Shown here piece by piece: positions 38,316-48,060 of a DNA stretch of 64,000 nucleotides. Made by a program: the position numbers and the translations under genes. The stretch spans positions 31,921 to 95,920 of the forward strand of contig JAZDDX010000035.1 of the NCBI GenBank assembly GCA_043809315.1. The letters run 5' to 3'. Numbering within the stretch: the stretch's first letter is position 1; every line of letters starts with the position of its first letter. Under the pieces are notes generated by a model that saw only the letters and a list, made by a program, of their open reading frames with translations, did not search any database and was not told the origin of the DNA. Source of the DNA: Pseudomonadota bacterium. GTDB taxonomy: Bacteria; Bdellovibrionota_G; JALEGL01; DATDPG01.

Positions 38316-39679
38316 TTCTTTTTTCCACCCGCCGCCTTCTTTTGTTCCAACACCAACTCCGCGAAGTGCCGGCCCCTCTCCTCGTAGTCGCGGTACTGGT
38401 CGAAACTGGCGTTGGCCGGGGAGAGAAGCACTACGTCCCCCTCCTCGGCGCTCTTGAGCGCCGCCCCGAACGCCGTTTCGAGATCGGTCACCTTCCGGTG
38501 GCGGATCAGGCGCAGCGTCTGGGCCATCGAATCGGCCGCTTCCCCGTACAGCAGCATCTCCTTCACTCGGCCCTGGGCTGCCGCGAGGATCGGCTCGTAG
38601 CCGGCCCCCTTCGACCGGCCGCCGGCCAGGAGAATCACCGGAGCGTCGAACGATTGGATCGCCCGGACCGTGGCTTCCGGGGTGGTACTTTTCGAGTCGT
38701 TCACGAAACGGATGCCTCCCACCGTCGCGACCGGTTCGAGGCGGTGTGCCAATGCCGCAAAGGTCTTCAGCCCTTTCTCGATCTTGTCGGCCGGGCAACC
38801 GACGGAAACGGCTGCCGCCACCGCTGCCACCGCATTCTCGACGTTGTGTTCGCCCAAGAGCTTGAACCCAGAGAGAGAGATCGCCCGCCCGTCCCGCAGA
38901 TGAATCGATTTCCGATCCGCGTGGATATCGGCCTTGGCGTTCGGTTTGCCGGAGAAGAACCAGATCGACGCTTTGATCCGTTTCGCGACCTCCGCGCAGG
39001 CCGAGTCGTCCATGTTGAAAATCGCGCGATCCTCTTTGATCATCCGGGCGAACAGGCGTTCTTTCGCCGCGATGTATCCCGACAGATCCCCGTGCCGGTC
39101 GAGGTGGTTGGGCGAGACGTTGAGAAGGAGCGCCACGCGCGGGCGGAACGTCTCGACCGTCTCCAGCTGGAAACTCGAGATCTCCGCCACGACGAAGTCG
39201 TACGAACCCCCGACCGCGTTGATGAGCGGGTTTCCAAGGTTTCCGCCGGTGAAGACCTGTTTCCGCCAGCCGGAAAGGATGTGTCCTAGGAGCGCCGTGG
39301 TCGTCGACTTCCCGTTTGACCCGGTGATCGCGACGACCGGAGCCGAGATCCGGCGGCTCGCGAATTCCACTTCCCCCCAGACCGGGATCCCGGCCCGTCT
39401 TGCGTCCCGGAGGAACGGCTGCGTGCTCGGCACGCCGGGGCTCACGATGAGGAGGCTCGCCGACAGAAGGGACCTTGGACGTTCGGTCCCCGCCTCCAGC
39501 TCGAACTTCAAACCTTTGAGACTCTCGAGATTCGGAATCAGCTCCGATGCCGGCTTTACATCGTACGCCACGACATCGGCCCCCTGCGAGCAAAGATACC
39601 GGATCACGCCGACCCCGGTGCGAGGACCGAGACCGACGACTCCGATTCTCTTCCCCTTCAAATTTTCTTCGCCCAACAT
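38312..39679 (-). CDS. murD: UDP-N-acetylmuramoylalanine--D-glutamate ligase
   Basis: 455 aa; GVVGLG Rossmann fold, GSNGKSTTT P-loop. Confidence 0.9.
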   Translation of the reverse strand: MLGEENLKGKRIGVVGLGPRTGVGVIRYLCSQGADVVAYDVKPASELIPNLESLKGLKFELEAGTERPRSLLSASLLIVSPGVPSTQPFLRDARRAGIPVWGEVEFASRRISAPVVAITGSNGKSTTTALLGHILSGWRKQVFTGGNLGNPLINAVGGSYDFVVAEISSFQLETVETFRPRVALLLNVSPNHLDRHGDLSGYIAAKERLFARMIKEDRAIFNMDDSACAEVAKRIKASIWFFSGKPNAKADIHADRKSIHLRDGRAISLSGFKLLGEHNVENAVAAVAAAVSVGCPADKIEKGLKTFAALAHRLEPVATVGGIRFVNDSKSTTPEATVRAIQSFDAPVILLAGGRSKGAGYEPILAAAQGRVKEMLLYGEAADSMAQTLRLIRHRKVTDLETAFGAALKSAEEGDVVLLSPANASFDQYRDYEERGRHFAELVLEQKKAAGGKKK

Positions 39680-39683
39680 CCCC

Positions 39684-40757
39684 CTACCTCAGTTTCAATG
39701 TCGACAGCGCCACGAGCGCTAGAATGATCGCGATGATCCAGAAGCGAACGATCACCTTCGGCTCCGCCCACCCTTTCAGCTCGAAATGGTGGTGGATCGG
39801 TGCCATCTTGAAGACCCGTTTTCCCGTCGTCCGAAACGTCAGGACCTGGATGATGACGCTCACTGCCTCGATCACGAAGATCCCGCCGACCAAAAGGAGA
39901 AGGAGTTCTTGTTTCGTCACGACTGCGACCGTTCCGAGTGCTGCGCCCAACGCCAGCGATCCGACATCCCCCATGAAGACCTGTGCCGGGTAGGTATTGA
40001 ACCAGAGGAACCCCAACCCCGCGCCGACCAGCGCCCCGCAGAAGATCGCCAGTTCGCCGGCAAACCGAACGGGAATGACCTGCAGATACCGGGCGAACTC
40101 GAAGTTCCCGGCCACATACGCGAAGAAAAGGAAGGTGAACGCCGCGATCAGCGTCGGGCCGATCGCCAACCCGTCCAAGCCGTCGGTCAGGTTCACGGCG
40201 TTCGAGGAGCCGACGATCACCAGGATCGTCATCGGAACGAAGAACCACCAGCCGAGATCGAACGAGAGATCCTTCGCAAACGGAAGCTGCAGGTGGGTGT
40301 CGAACCCGGTTGCGACCAACGCCAACCCGACGACCCCGGCGACCAACAGCTGCATCTGGAATTTCTTCCGGATCGTCAGCCCTTTTTTCTTCTTCAATTT
40401 CAGGATGTCGTCGAGATACCCGATCCCCGCGAACCCGAGCGTGCAGAACGCCGTAATCCAGGTGATCGACACGTCGAGCCGTGCCCAAAGGAGAAACGCG
40501 GAGAGGAGGGAGAGAACGATCAGAAGACCCCCCATCGTCGGCGTCCCCGACTTCTGTTGATGGCGCTCCGGTACGTCCTCGCGGATGTTGTTCGAGCCGT
40601 GCTGGCGCGCTTTGAGGAATCGGATCACGAGCGGCCCCAAAAGGAAGCTGATGAGGAGTGCGGTCAGCATCGCCATGAAGACGCGGAAGCTGATGTACCG
40701 GAAAACCCGGAAGACCCCGAAGGTCGCGTGCAACGGATAGAGCAGGTGATAGATCAT
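39684..40757 (-). CDS. mraY: Phospho-N-acetylmuramoyl-pentapeptide transferase
   Basis: 357 aa; MraY motifs ([28 protein letters not shown]). Confidence 0.9.
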   Translation of the reverse strand: MIYHLLYPLHATFGVFRVFRYISFRVFMAMLTALLISFLLGPLVIRFLKARQHGSNNIREDVPERHQQKSGTPTMGGLLIVLSLLSAFLLWARLDVSITWITAFCTLGFAGIGYLDDILKLKKKKGLTIRKKFQMQLLVAGVVGLALVATGFDTHLQLPFAKDLSFDLGWWFFVPMTILVIVGSSNAVNLTDGLDGLAIGPTLIAAFTFLFFAYVAGNFEFARYLQVIPVRFAGELAIFCGALVGAGLGFLWFNTYPAQVFMGDVGSLALGAALGTVAVVTKQELLLLLVGGIFVIEAVSVIIQVLTFRTTGKRVFKMAPIHHHFELKGWAEPKVIVRFWIIAIILALVALSTLKLR

Positions 40758-42160
40758 TTCCCTTCTTCCCTTTTCAGAATGGCCGCCAGGCGTTCGGTGA
40801 TCGTTTCGAGCTTCATCGCCCGCGACCCTTTGACCAGGACCGTGTCGTTCGGTCGGAGCTCCCGGGCGATCGCTTCGGCCAGCTCCTCATGCGTCGTCCC
40901 CACGGTGATGGAGACGTTCGACATCCCCCCCTGCACCGCCCCCTGGCGGACGTCCCCCGCGAACTGACCCATGACGAAAAGACGTGCATATTTGAAACCG
41001 GCGATCTTGATCCCGATGTCGCGATGGGCGCGCGTCGAAAACTCGCCAAGTTCCCGCATATCGCCGATCACGGCGATCCGCCGGTCGGTCGTCAGGTTCC
41101 GGACCGTCTCGAGCGCGACCAGCATCGATGCCGGGTTGGCGTTGTAGCAATCGTTGACGATCCGAATTCCTTTCGGGAAGGGGATCACCTCGAGCCGCAT
41201 CTCGACCGGCTCGACCCGGTCGATTCCCGCCTGGAGCTTCTCCGCCGGCACTCCGAGTGCATATGCGGCCCCGCAGGCGCAAAGCAGGTTCGAAACGTTG
41301 TGGATTCCGACAAATGGAACACGAAGATCGACCGACGATGAGCCGTACGCGAGATCGAGGACGAATCCGTTCCCTCTCAGATCTTCCCGGATCTTGGCGC
41401 GGAGATCGGCCCCCCCCCCCATCGAAACCGTGACCTTCTTCCCGGGGAATTGCTCCGCCAGCTTGCGGATGTTCCGGTCCTCCAGGTTCACGACCGCGAC
41501 GCCGTCCTTTTTCAACCCCTCGAACAGCTCCCTCTTCGCTTTCGCAACCCCCTCGAGCGAACCGAACTTCTCGAGATGCGCCGGCCCGACATTCGTCAGA
41601 ACCGCCACGTCGTGCTCCGCCGTGCGCCCCAGCTCCCGCAGTTCGCCATAGGCGTTCATCCCCATTTCGAGGACCGCGACCCGATGCTCGGGACGCAGCA
41701 TGAGGAGCGTGAGCGGAACCCCGAGCTGGTTGTTCCAGGTTCCCGGGGCCTTGAGCGTCGGTCGATCGGCCGCGAGCAATGCCGCCGTCATCTCCTTGGT
41801 GGTCGTTTTTCCGTTCGACCCGCTGATCGCGACGATCTTTCCACCCCAATTCCTGCGCCAGTCGCGTGCGAGATCCCGGAGTGCCTGCGAGGTGTTCCCC
41901 ACGAGGAACAACGGCCCGGAGCCGACGATCTCATGATCCACCACGGCCGCCGAGGCCCCCTTCTCGAACGCCTGCGACACGAATTCGTGACCGTCCCGGC
42001 TCGCGCGAAGTGCGAAGAAGAGATCCCCTTTTTGGATCGCACGCGTGTCGAGCGCGATCCCCGAGAAGTTCTTCGGCGCCGCTTCACTTTGTTCCGCCTT
42101 CATCGCCTGGGCGGCATCGGACGGACGGAGATCGATTTGCACGCGAAGCGGAAGCTTCAT
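40754..42160 (-). CDS. murF: UDP-N-acetylmuramoyl-tripeptide--D-alanyl-D-alanine ligase
   Basis: About 468 aa from MKLPLRV...; [14 protein letters not shown]-loop. ATGA overlap with murE. Confidence 0.9.
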   Translation of the reverse strand: MKLPLRVQIDLRPSDAAQAMKAEQSEAAPKNFSGIALDTRAIQKGDLFFALRASRDGHEFVSQAFEKGASAAVVDHEIVGSGPLFLVGNTSQALRDLARDWRRNWGGKIVAISGSNGKTTTKEMTAALLAADRPTLKAPGTWNNQLGVPLTLLMLRPEHRVAVLEMGMNAYGELRELGRTAEHDVAVLTNVGPAHLEKFGSLEGVAKAKRELFEGLKKDGVAVVNLEDRNIRKLAEQFPGKKVTVSMGGGADLRAKIREDLRGNGFVLDLAYGSSSVDLRVPFVGIHNVSNLLCACGAAYALGVPAEKLQAGIDRVEPVEMRLEVIPFPKGIRIVNDCYNANPASMLVALETVRNLTTDRRIAVIGDMRELGEFSTRAHRDIGIKIAGFKYARLFVMGQFAGDVRQGAVQGGMSNVSITVGTTHEELAEAIARELRPNDTVLVKGSRAMKLETITERLAAILKREEGK

Positions 42161-43671
42161 CCGTTCCTCCGGAACCACTCCCCCGCCACGATCCGATCGT
42201 CGAACGGATGACGAACCCCCGCAATCTCCTGGTAGGTCTCGTGCCCTTTCCCGGCGATCAGGACCACGTCCCCGCGTGTCGCGACCGAGAGGGCATGTTC
42301 GATGGCGGCTCGACGTTCCGACATCGAACATGCCACTCCCCGGCTCGACGAATGAAGCTCCTCCGGCTTCACGATCGCGGTTCCCGACGGGAACCCGCGG
42401 ACGATCTCTTCGATAATTTCTTCCGGCTTCTCGGAACGCGGGTTGTCCGACGTGACGATGGCAACCTCCGCTCCCTCCACCGCCGCACGCGCCATCTTCG
42501 GGCGCTTCCCCCGGTCCCGATCCCCCCCGCAGCCGAACACAACGATCAGCCGTCCCTGGCGGAGGGGTGCAAGTCCGCGGATCACGTTCCGAAGCGCGTC
42601 GTCGGTATGCGCGTAGTCGACGAAGACATGAACCCCTCTCCCGTTCGGAATCCGCTCCAGACGCCCCGGCACCGAACGGAATCGATCGACGGTGGCCGCC
42701 GCGGTGGACGCGGGTACCCCGAGGGCATCCGACGCGGCCAACGCGGCCAAAATGTTTGAAAGGTTGAAAGTTCCGACGAGCGGCGAGCGGATCGAGATCT
42801 CCGAGGAACGGATCCGGATCCGCGCGCGGATTCCGTCCGCCGTAAGCGCGCTCTCGATCGGGTGCACGTCCGCCCTCGACGATGAATCGACGGAAAAGGT
42901 GACCGTCGGAAGACGGAGTCGTTGGCGGAATTCGGAGCCGACCGGATCATCCAGATTCAGAACCGCGAGACGTTTTTCTTTCGGGCTGCGATCGAGAAGT
43001 TCGGAGAAGAGTTTCCACTTCGCCTCCCGATACGCCTCCATCGTCCCGTGGAAATCGAGATGGTCCTGCGTCAGATTCGTGAACAGCGCCACATCGAGGG
43101 CGACCCCGCCGAGCCGTCCCTGCTCGAGCCCGTGCGACGAGCACTCCATCACGACTTCCGTCACCCCCTCGTCGAGCATCGTCCGGAACATCGCGTGGAG
43201 ATCGGAAGCCTCGGGGGTCGTGTGGGGTGCGTCCCGCGTGACACCGTTCCACCGGTACCCCACCGTTCCGACAAATGCCGGGTTCGCCCCTGCGCTTCGG
43301 AGGATCGCCTCGATCAGATGTGCCGTCGTCGTCTTCCCGTTCGTTCCGGTGATTCCGACGACCCGCATCTTGAGGCTCGGATCCCCGTACAGGCGTGAAG
43401 CGATCTCCCCCAGCCACCGGCGACTGTTTGGAATATGGATCGCCGTCGTCCCGGCTGGAACCGTCGGATGCTCCGCCGCGATCGCCGAAGCCCCCCGCCG
43501 GATCGCTTCCGAGATGAACCGGTTCCCGTCCGTCTTCGCCCCCGGAAGGGCCACAAAGAGGACGCCCGGAGTCACATTCCTTGAATCGATTGCAATGCCG
43601 TCGACCTCCACGTTCGGATCCCCCACGATCCGGACTTCCGGGAACCCCGCAAAGAGCTGCGTCACCGTCAT
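42157..43671 (-). CDS. murE: UDP-N-acetylmuramoyl-L-alanyl-D-glutamate--2,6-diaminopimelate ligase
   Basis: 504 aa; GITGTNGKTTT P-loop, and the DNPR motif (TSDNPRSE), which is diagnostic of a meso-DAP-adding enzyme. Confidence 0.9.
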   Translation of the reverse strand: MTVTQLFAGFPEVRIVGDPNVEVDGIAIDSRNVTPGVLFVALPGAKTDGNRFISEAIRRGASAIAAEHPTVPAGTTAIHIPNSRRWLGEIASRLYGDPSLKMRVVGITGTNGKTTTAHLIEAILRSAGANPAFVGTVGYRWNGVTRDAPHTTPEASDLHAMFRTMLDEGVTEVVMECSSHGLEQGRLGGVALDVALFTNLTQDHLDFHGTMEAYREAKWKLFSELLDRSPKEKRLAVLNLDDPVGSEFRQRLRLPTVTFSVDSSSRADVHPIESALTADGIRARIRIRSSEISIRSPLVGTFNLSNILAALAASDALGVPASTAAATVDRFRSVPGRLERIPNGRGVHVFVDYAHTDDALRNVIRGLAPLRQGRLIVVFGCGGDRDRGKRPKMARAAVEGAEVAIVTSDNPRSEKPEEIIEEIVRGFPSGTAIVKPEELHSSSRGVACSMSERRAAIEHALSVATRGDVVLIAGKGHETYQEIAGVRHPFDDRIVAGEWFRRNG

Positions 43672-45629
43672 GAGCGCTCCTTGCCGGCCGTGCGGGAGAA
43701 AAAGACCCGGATGCTCGCCTGTTTCTGTCCGGGGGGGGTGCGCAACGGCCCCTGTCGGATCGCCACGCCGGTTCCGACGATGTTCAGATTCAGAGACAGT
43801 TCCGACGCCCGTGCAATCGCCTCTCGCATCGTGAGCCCCAGAAAATCGGGGGTTCCGCCCACCGAACTCCGGATCACTTTTTCCGGCTTCTCCTCTTTCG
43901 CCTCCAATACGAGGCGCGCGCTTTTCTCGAACGGCTTGTCCGGTGCCGCTCCGAAGTAGGCGAGCGACGCCGAGATAACGCGCCGGAAGACGGGGCCGGC
44001 AAGCGTTCCGCCGTAATCCGCGTGTCGGGGCGCTCGAAAGACGAAGATCGCCGCCAGTTTCGGATGGGTCGTCGGGGCGAACCCCATGAACGAGCTGGTC
44101 ACGAGCCGGTTCGAGTATTTCCCGGTTGCCGGATCGAGCATTTGCGCCGTTCCGGTTTTTCCCGCCACGGTGTAGTCCGCCATCGCCGCCGATGCCCCGG
44201 TCCCGTCCTTCTCCGTGACCGATTCCATCCATTCGCGAAGAAAACGAACCGTTTCGGGACGGAGCACCCGCGCCGGCTGGAACTTCCGCTCGAACGGAGC
44301 CTCGGTGCCATCCGACAGAACGGCGCGATCGACGATCCTCGGATGAATCGAAAACCCACCGTTGGCAATCGAGGCCATGGCGGTCACCAGCTGAATCGCC
44401 GTGACCCCGATCCCCTGCCCGAACGAAACGGTCGCCGTTTCCATCTCCCTCCACTGCGCCGGCTTCAAGAGAAGGCCCCGCTCTTCCGCCGGGCTGTCGA
44501 TTCCCGTCTTTTCGCCGAATCCAAAATCGTTGATCGTCCGCGAGAGCCGGTCTCTCCCCAACGCCAGACCGATCCGCGCCGCACCGATGTTGTTCGAGTA
44601 CTTGAGGATCCCTCTCGGATCGAGCCAGGGGTGGTCGTGCGTGTTGTGAATCACCTTCCCGGAGATCACGAGGCTCCCTTTCTGGCAGTTGATCCCTTGG
44701 GTGGGGTTGAGCGTCCCCGCCTCGAGTGCCGCCGCCAGAGTGAAAATCTTGAACGTCGAGCCTGGCTCAAACACTTCCTCGACCGGCCGGTTGCGCCACT
44801 CGGACGGATTCGCGCGATCGAGACGGTTTGGGTTGACCGGGGGATACGAAGCCATCGCGACGACACGGCCGTCGTTCGGATCGAGAACGACCGCCATCGC
44901 CTCTTTCGATCCGCTCGTACGCGCGGCCTCGAACAACTCTTTCTCGGTCAAATTCTGAATCGTGGTGTCGATCGTCAGATACAGGCTCGCCCCGCGCTCG
45001 GGTTCTCTCCAGGCTTCTTCCTGTGTGAAGATCGAACGCCCCTTCCGATCCCGTTCCGCGCGGATCGTGAGGGGCCGGGCGCGGAGGAAGTGGTCGTAGA
45101 ATCGTTCGATCCCCTCGAGCCCGTCGCCGTCGGTTCCGACGACACCGACGACTTGCGCGGCCAGCTCACGTCCCGGATAGAGGCGCGCCCACTCGTTCGT
45201 AACGCCGATGCCGGGAAGGTTGAGTTTCTCGACCTTCTTCCCGATCGCCGGATCGACCTGCCGCTTCAACCAGACAAAGTATTTGTTGCGGTCTTTGAGT
45301 TTCGCCGCGATCCGATCCGGGGAAACATGCAAAAGATTTCCCAGGTTCCGACGATCCTTCCGGGAAAGCCCGGTTTCGGAAGGGTCGGCGTAGATGGAGG
45401 GAACCCAGAGACTCACGGCCAGCTCGCGCCCCCGGGCGTCCAAGATCGATCCTCGCTGCGACGAGAGCGTCACCTCGTGATCGTCCTGTCTCTTCTGCAA
45501 TTGCACGACGCGCCGGTCGGAGATCAACTGCAGCTGCCAGACACGCAACGCGAGGGCCACGAAGAGGATCATGAACACGACCAGGCAGGCACCGAGCCGC
45601 ACTCGGATGGGACGGTCACGGTGAGTCAT
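43668..45629 (-). CDS. ftsI: Peptidoglycan D,D-transpeptidase FtsI (PBP3)
   Basis: N-terminal TM and dimerisation domain, then a transpeptidase domain with STFK (EPGSTFKIF), SxN and KTG (AGKTGTAQ) motifs. Confidence 0.9.
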   Translation of the reverse strand: MTHRDRPIRVRLGACLVVFMILFVALALRVWQLQLISDRRVVQLQKRQDDHEVTLSSQRGSILDARGRELAVSLWVPSIYADPSETGLSRKDRRNLGNLLHVSPDRIAAKLKDRNKYFVWLKRQVDPAIGKKVEKLNLPGIGVTNEWARLYPGRELAAQVVGVVGTDGDGLEGIERFYDHFLRARPLTIRAERDRKGRSIFTQEEAWREPERGASLYLTIDTTIQNLTEKELFEAARTSGSKEAMAVVLDPNDGRVVAMASYPPVNPNRLDRANPSEWRNRPVEEVFEPGSTFKIFTLAAALEAGTLNPTQGINCQKGSLVISGKVIHNTHDHPWLDPRGILKYSNNIGAARIGLALGRDRLSRTINDFGFGEKTGIDSPAEERGLLLKPAQWREMETATVSFGQGIGVTAIQLVTAMASIANGGFSIHPRIVDRAVLSDGTEAPFERKFQPARVLRPETVRFLREWMESVTEKDGTGASAAMADYTVAGKTGTAQMLDPATGKYSNRLVTSSFMGFAPTTHPKLAAIFVFRAPRHADYGGTLAGPVFRRVISASLAYFGAAPDKPFEKSARLVLEAKEEKPEKVIRSSVGGTPDFLGLTMREAIARASELSLNLNIVGTGVAIRQGPLRTPPGQKQASIRVFFSRTAGKERS

Positions 45630-45903
45630 GACCCCCCTTTGGAACGATGACGATCGATTCCATCCCGGTCGGACGTTCGAGCCCGAACGACTGGGACGCG
45701 ATCCGTTCCACCCGTTTCGGATTCCGAAGCGTGGCAAGTTCCAGAATCAGGGAACGCCGTTCCTGCTCCAAATCGGTTTTCTTTTGCTGTTTCTGCGCCA
45801 CTTCATAGCTCAGCTCGACCACCAAGAATCGTGAGCGAACGTAGAAGAGGGACACCACCAGCGTCACCAGGAGACAGAGCCCCACGAGCCCCCGTCCGGT
45901 CAT
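45616..45903 (-). CDS. ftsL: Cell division protein FtsL
   Basis: 95 aa from MTGRGLVG...: short N-terminus, one TM helix, coiled coil. Positioned between rsmH and ftsI. ATGA overlap with rsmH. Confidence 0.6.
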   Translation of the reverse strand: MTGRGLVGLCLLVTLVVSLFYVRSRFLVVELSYEVAQKQQKKTDLEQERRSLILELATLRNPKRVERIASQSFGLERPTGMESIVIVPKGGHDSP

Positions 45904-46859
45904 GCCCCCCCTCCGCCGATCTCGAACACGCGAAGCCGGGCGCTCCGGGATCTCGGATTTTGGAGGGTTTCCGCCCGTGTCGGTCGGAGCGGCTTCGGCG
46001 TCACCACCGTGCCCCGCCTGTCCCGCGCCGCGTCCCGGAAAAGGTTCTTCACGATCCGGTCTTCGAGCGAGTGGAACGAGATCACCGCCACGCGCGCCCT
46101 CGACGGAAGAAGATCGAGAAGTCCGGTGACCCCCGTCGTGAGTTCCCCCAGCTCGTCGTTGATCAGGATCCGGATCGCCTGAAAGGTCCGCGTTGCCGGG
46201 TCGATCGGGCCGCCGCGCGCGGCGGCTGGCAATGCGCCCCGCACGATCGCGGAGAGATCCTCTGTCGTCTCGATCTTCTTCTCCCGGCGTGCGGCCACGA
46301 TCGCCTTCGCGATCCGTCGCGCGAAACGCTCTTGTCCGAATTCGAAAATCACGTTCGCCAGTTTTTCGACCGGCACCCGAGCCAGCCATTGAGCCGCAGT
46401 CGTTCCGGACGCCGGGTCCATCCGCATGTCGAGCGGCCCCGGGCTGCGAAATGAGAATCCGCGTCGGGGATCCTCCAGCTGGTGACTCGAAACCCCGCAG
46501 TCGATCAGTGCCCCGTCGATCCGTGAAAGGCCGGAATTCTCGATCGTTTCCCGAACGTTCGAGAGCGATCCGTAGAACAGTCGTACGCGGGTTCCGAACG
46601 GTCGGAGCCGATTCCCGGCACGCGCGAGCGCCTCGGCGTCGCGATCCGATCCCGTCAAACGCCCGTCAGGAGCGCTGGCGGCCAGAATCGCTTCCGAATG
46701 TCCGCCGCCGCCGACGGTCAGATCCAGGAAGTTTTTGCCCGAACCGCAAACGAGGAGGGAGACGATCTCCGTGACCAGAACCGGTATGTGCCCAGGACCC
46801 GCGGATGGGGGGGTAACGAACGGCGGCTGAGGATCAGAGGCCAAGCTCGGCCAGAACAT
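45900..46859 (-). CDS. rsmH: 16S rRNA (cytosine1402-N4)-methyltransferase RsmH (MraW)
   Basis: Conserved HIPVL start region, the GGGGHS SAM-binding motif (TVGGGGHSEAIL), and DLGVSS/DMRMD-type motifs. The ATG at 46859 overlaps the mraZ 3-prime end by 26 nt. Confidence 0.85.
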   Translation of the reverse strand: MFWPSLASDPQPPFVTPPSAGPGHIPVLVTEIVSLLVCGSGKNFLDLTVGGGGHSEAILAASAPDGRLTGSDRDAEALARAGNRLRPFGTRVRLFYGSLSNVRETIENSGLSRIDGALIDCGVSSHQLEDPRRGFSFRSPGPLDMRMDPASGTTAAQWLARVPVEKLANVIFEFGQERFARRIAKAIVAARREKKIETTEDLSAIVRGALPAAARGGPIDPATRTFQAIRILINDELGELTTGVTGLLDLLPSRARVAVISFHSLEDRIVKNLFRDAARDRRGTVVTPKPLRPTRAETLQNPRSRSARLRVFEIGGGGA

Positions 46860-47280
46860 CACTGATCTCCTCGAAGTTCTTCTGCGACTGCGCGAAGACT
46901 TCCTGCCACCGCGCCTTGGACCAGATCTCGATCTTCTTGAGCATTCCGACGAGTACGATATGTCGGTCAAGATCGGCATACTGCCGGAGTGTGGGAGGGA
47001 TCAGCACGCGCCCCTGCCGATCGAGCGGGCATTCCACCGCGCCCGATATGAAATACCGGAGGAACGATTTCACCTCCCGCTTGAGCTGGGGGAACTCGGA
47101 TGCTTTCCGCTCCAAGAGCTCCCACTCCTCACGCGGGTAGGCCACGAGACAGCGATCGAAGTTGGTGACGACCAGCTCTTCGGACGAATACTTGTCGGTG
47201 AGCACCTCCCGGAAACGGGAGGGTACGCTCACGCGCCCTTTTCCATCCATCGTATGGTCGTACCAGCCGCGAAACATCAC
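46834..47280 (-). CDS. mraZ: Transcriptional regulator MraZ
   Basis: 148 aa; duplicated MraZ/SpoVT-AbrB domain with the two DxxxR motifs (LDRQGRVLIP). Confidence 0.9.
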   Translation of the reverse strand: MMFRGWYDHTMDGKGRVSVPSRFREVLTDKYSSEELVVTNFDRCLVAYPREEWELLERKASEFPQLKREVKSFLRYFISGAVECPLDRQGRVLIPPTLRQYADLDRHIVLVGMLKKIEIWSKARWQEVFAQSQKNFEEISDVLAELGL

Positions 47281-47418
47281 CTTTCACCAATCATTGGGAC
47301 CATTAACCACAACATCCCACAATATGCCACCAAACTATGAAGATGGGGCAAATATGTCAATGAAAAACGGTGGTTAGCTATGATTTTGACGCAACCAAGT
47401 AACTATCGTTTACATTCC

Positions 47419-47435
47419 TGGAATTATCGAGGCAT
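47419..47435 (+). promoter_or_regulatory. Candidate sigma-54 (-24/-12) promoter upstream of the pilin gene
   Basis: tGGaattatcgagGCat has GG and GC exactly 12 nt apart, matching TGGCAC-N5-TTGCA spacing. It lies about 95 nt upstream of the pilin ATG, in an AT-rich divergent intergenic region. Confidence 0.3.
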
Positions 47436-47528
47436 AGTTAAAGTAACACCTTAGAGTTATGGTAGAATTTCTATTGTTTTGTTGTTCAACCGTGGATTCC
47501 ATGTAAATTTACGAGGTTCGGGAGAAAA

Positions 47529-48050
47529 ATGACCGGAAAGATCCGAAAAAGTTCACGTTACGGCTTCTCGCTTCTGGAATTGATGACCGTCGTCGTCATC
47601 GTCGGAATCCTTTCCGCGGTGGCCACGCCGATGCTGTCCAGGTATCTCCGGAAGAGTAAGACCGTGGAAGCGGCTCTCAACTTGCGAAAAATCTACGACG
47701 GCGAGAGCGCATACTATAACGAAGAACGCATCGACGTCGGTGGAACGATCCTGACCAAACAGTTCCTCGCCCTGAGCCAGACCCCGTCCGGACTGCCTGG
47801 CCGCGATAAGCGGGATGCGAACTGGGAGGCCTGGTCCTCGATTCGCTTCAATGTGGACGGCCCGGTTCTCTATTCTTACCTGGTTGTCGCGGCGGGGAGT
47901 GGGTCCACCGCGGCTTTCACCGCCCGCGCGATCGGCGACCAAAACGCCGACAATCAAACTTCGTTGTTCGAACGGGTGGGCAGCGTTAACTCGACGACCG
48001 GTGAGGTCGAGGGGGGCGCCGCCATCTACACCCTGGACGAGTTACAGTAA
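47529..48050 (+). CDS. Type IV pilin / pseudopilin (prepilin-type N-terminal cleavage/methylation domain)
   Basis: Leader MTGKIRKSSRY, then G|FSLLELMTVVVIVGIL. GGGAG-like RBS 6 nt upstream. Confidence 0.75.
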   Translation: MTGKIRKSSRYGFSLLELMTVVVIVGILSAVATPMLSRYLRKSKTVEAALNLRKIYDGESAYYNEERIDVGGTILTKQFLALSQTPSGLPGRDKRDANWEAWSSIRFNVDGPVLYSYLVVAAGSGSTAAFTARAIGDQNADNQTSLFERVGSVNSTTGEVEGGAAIYTLDELQ

Positions 48051-48060
48051 GGTCCGTCGT

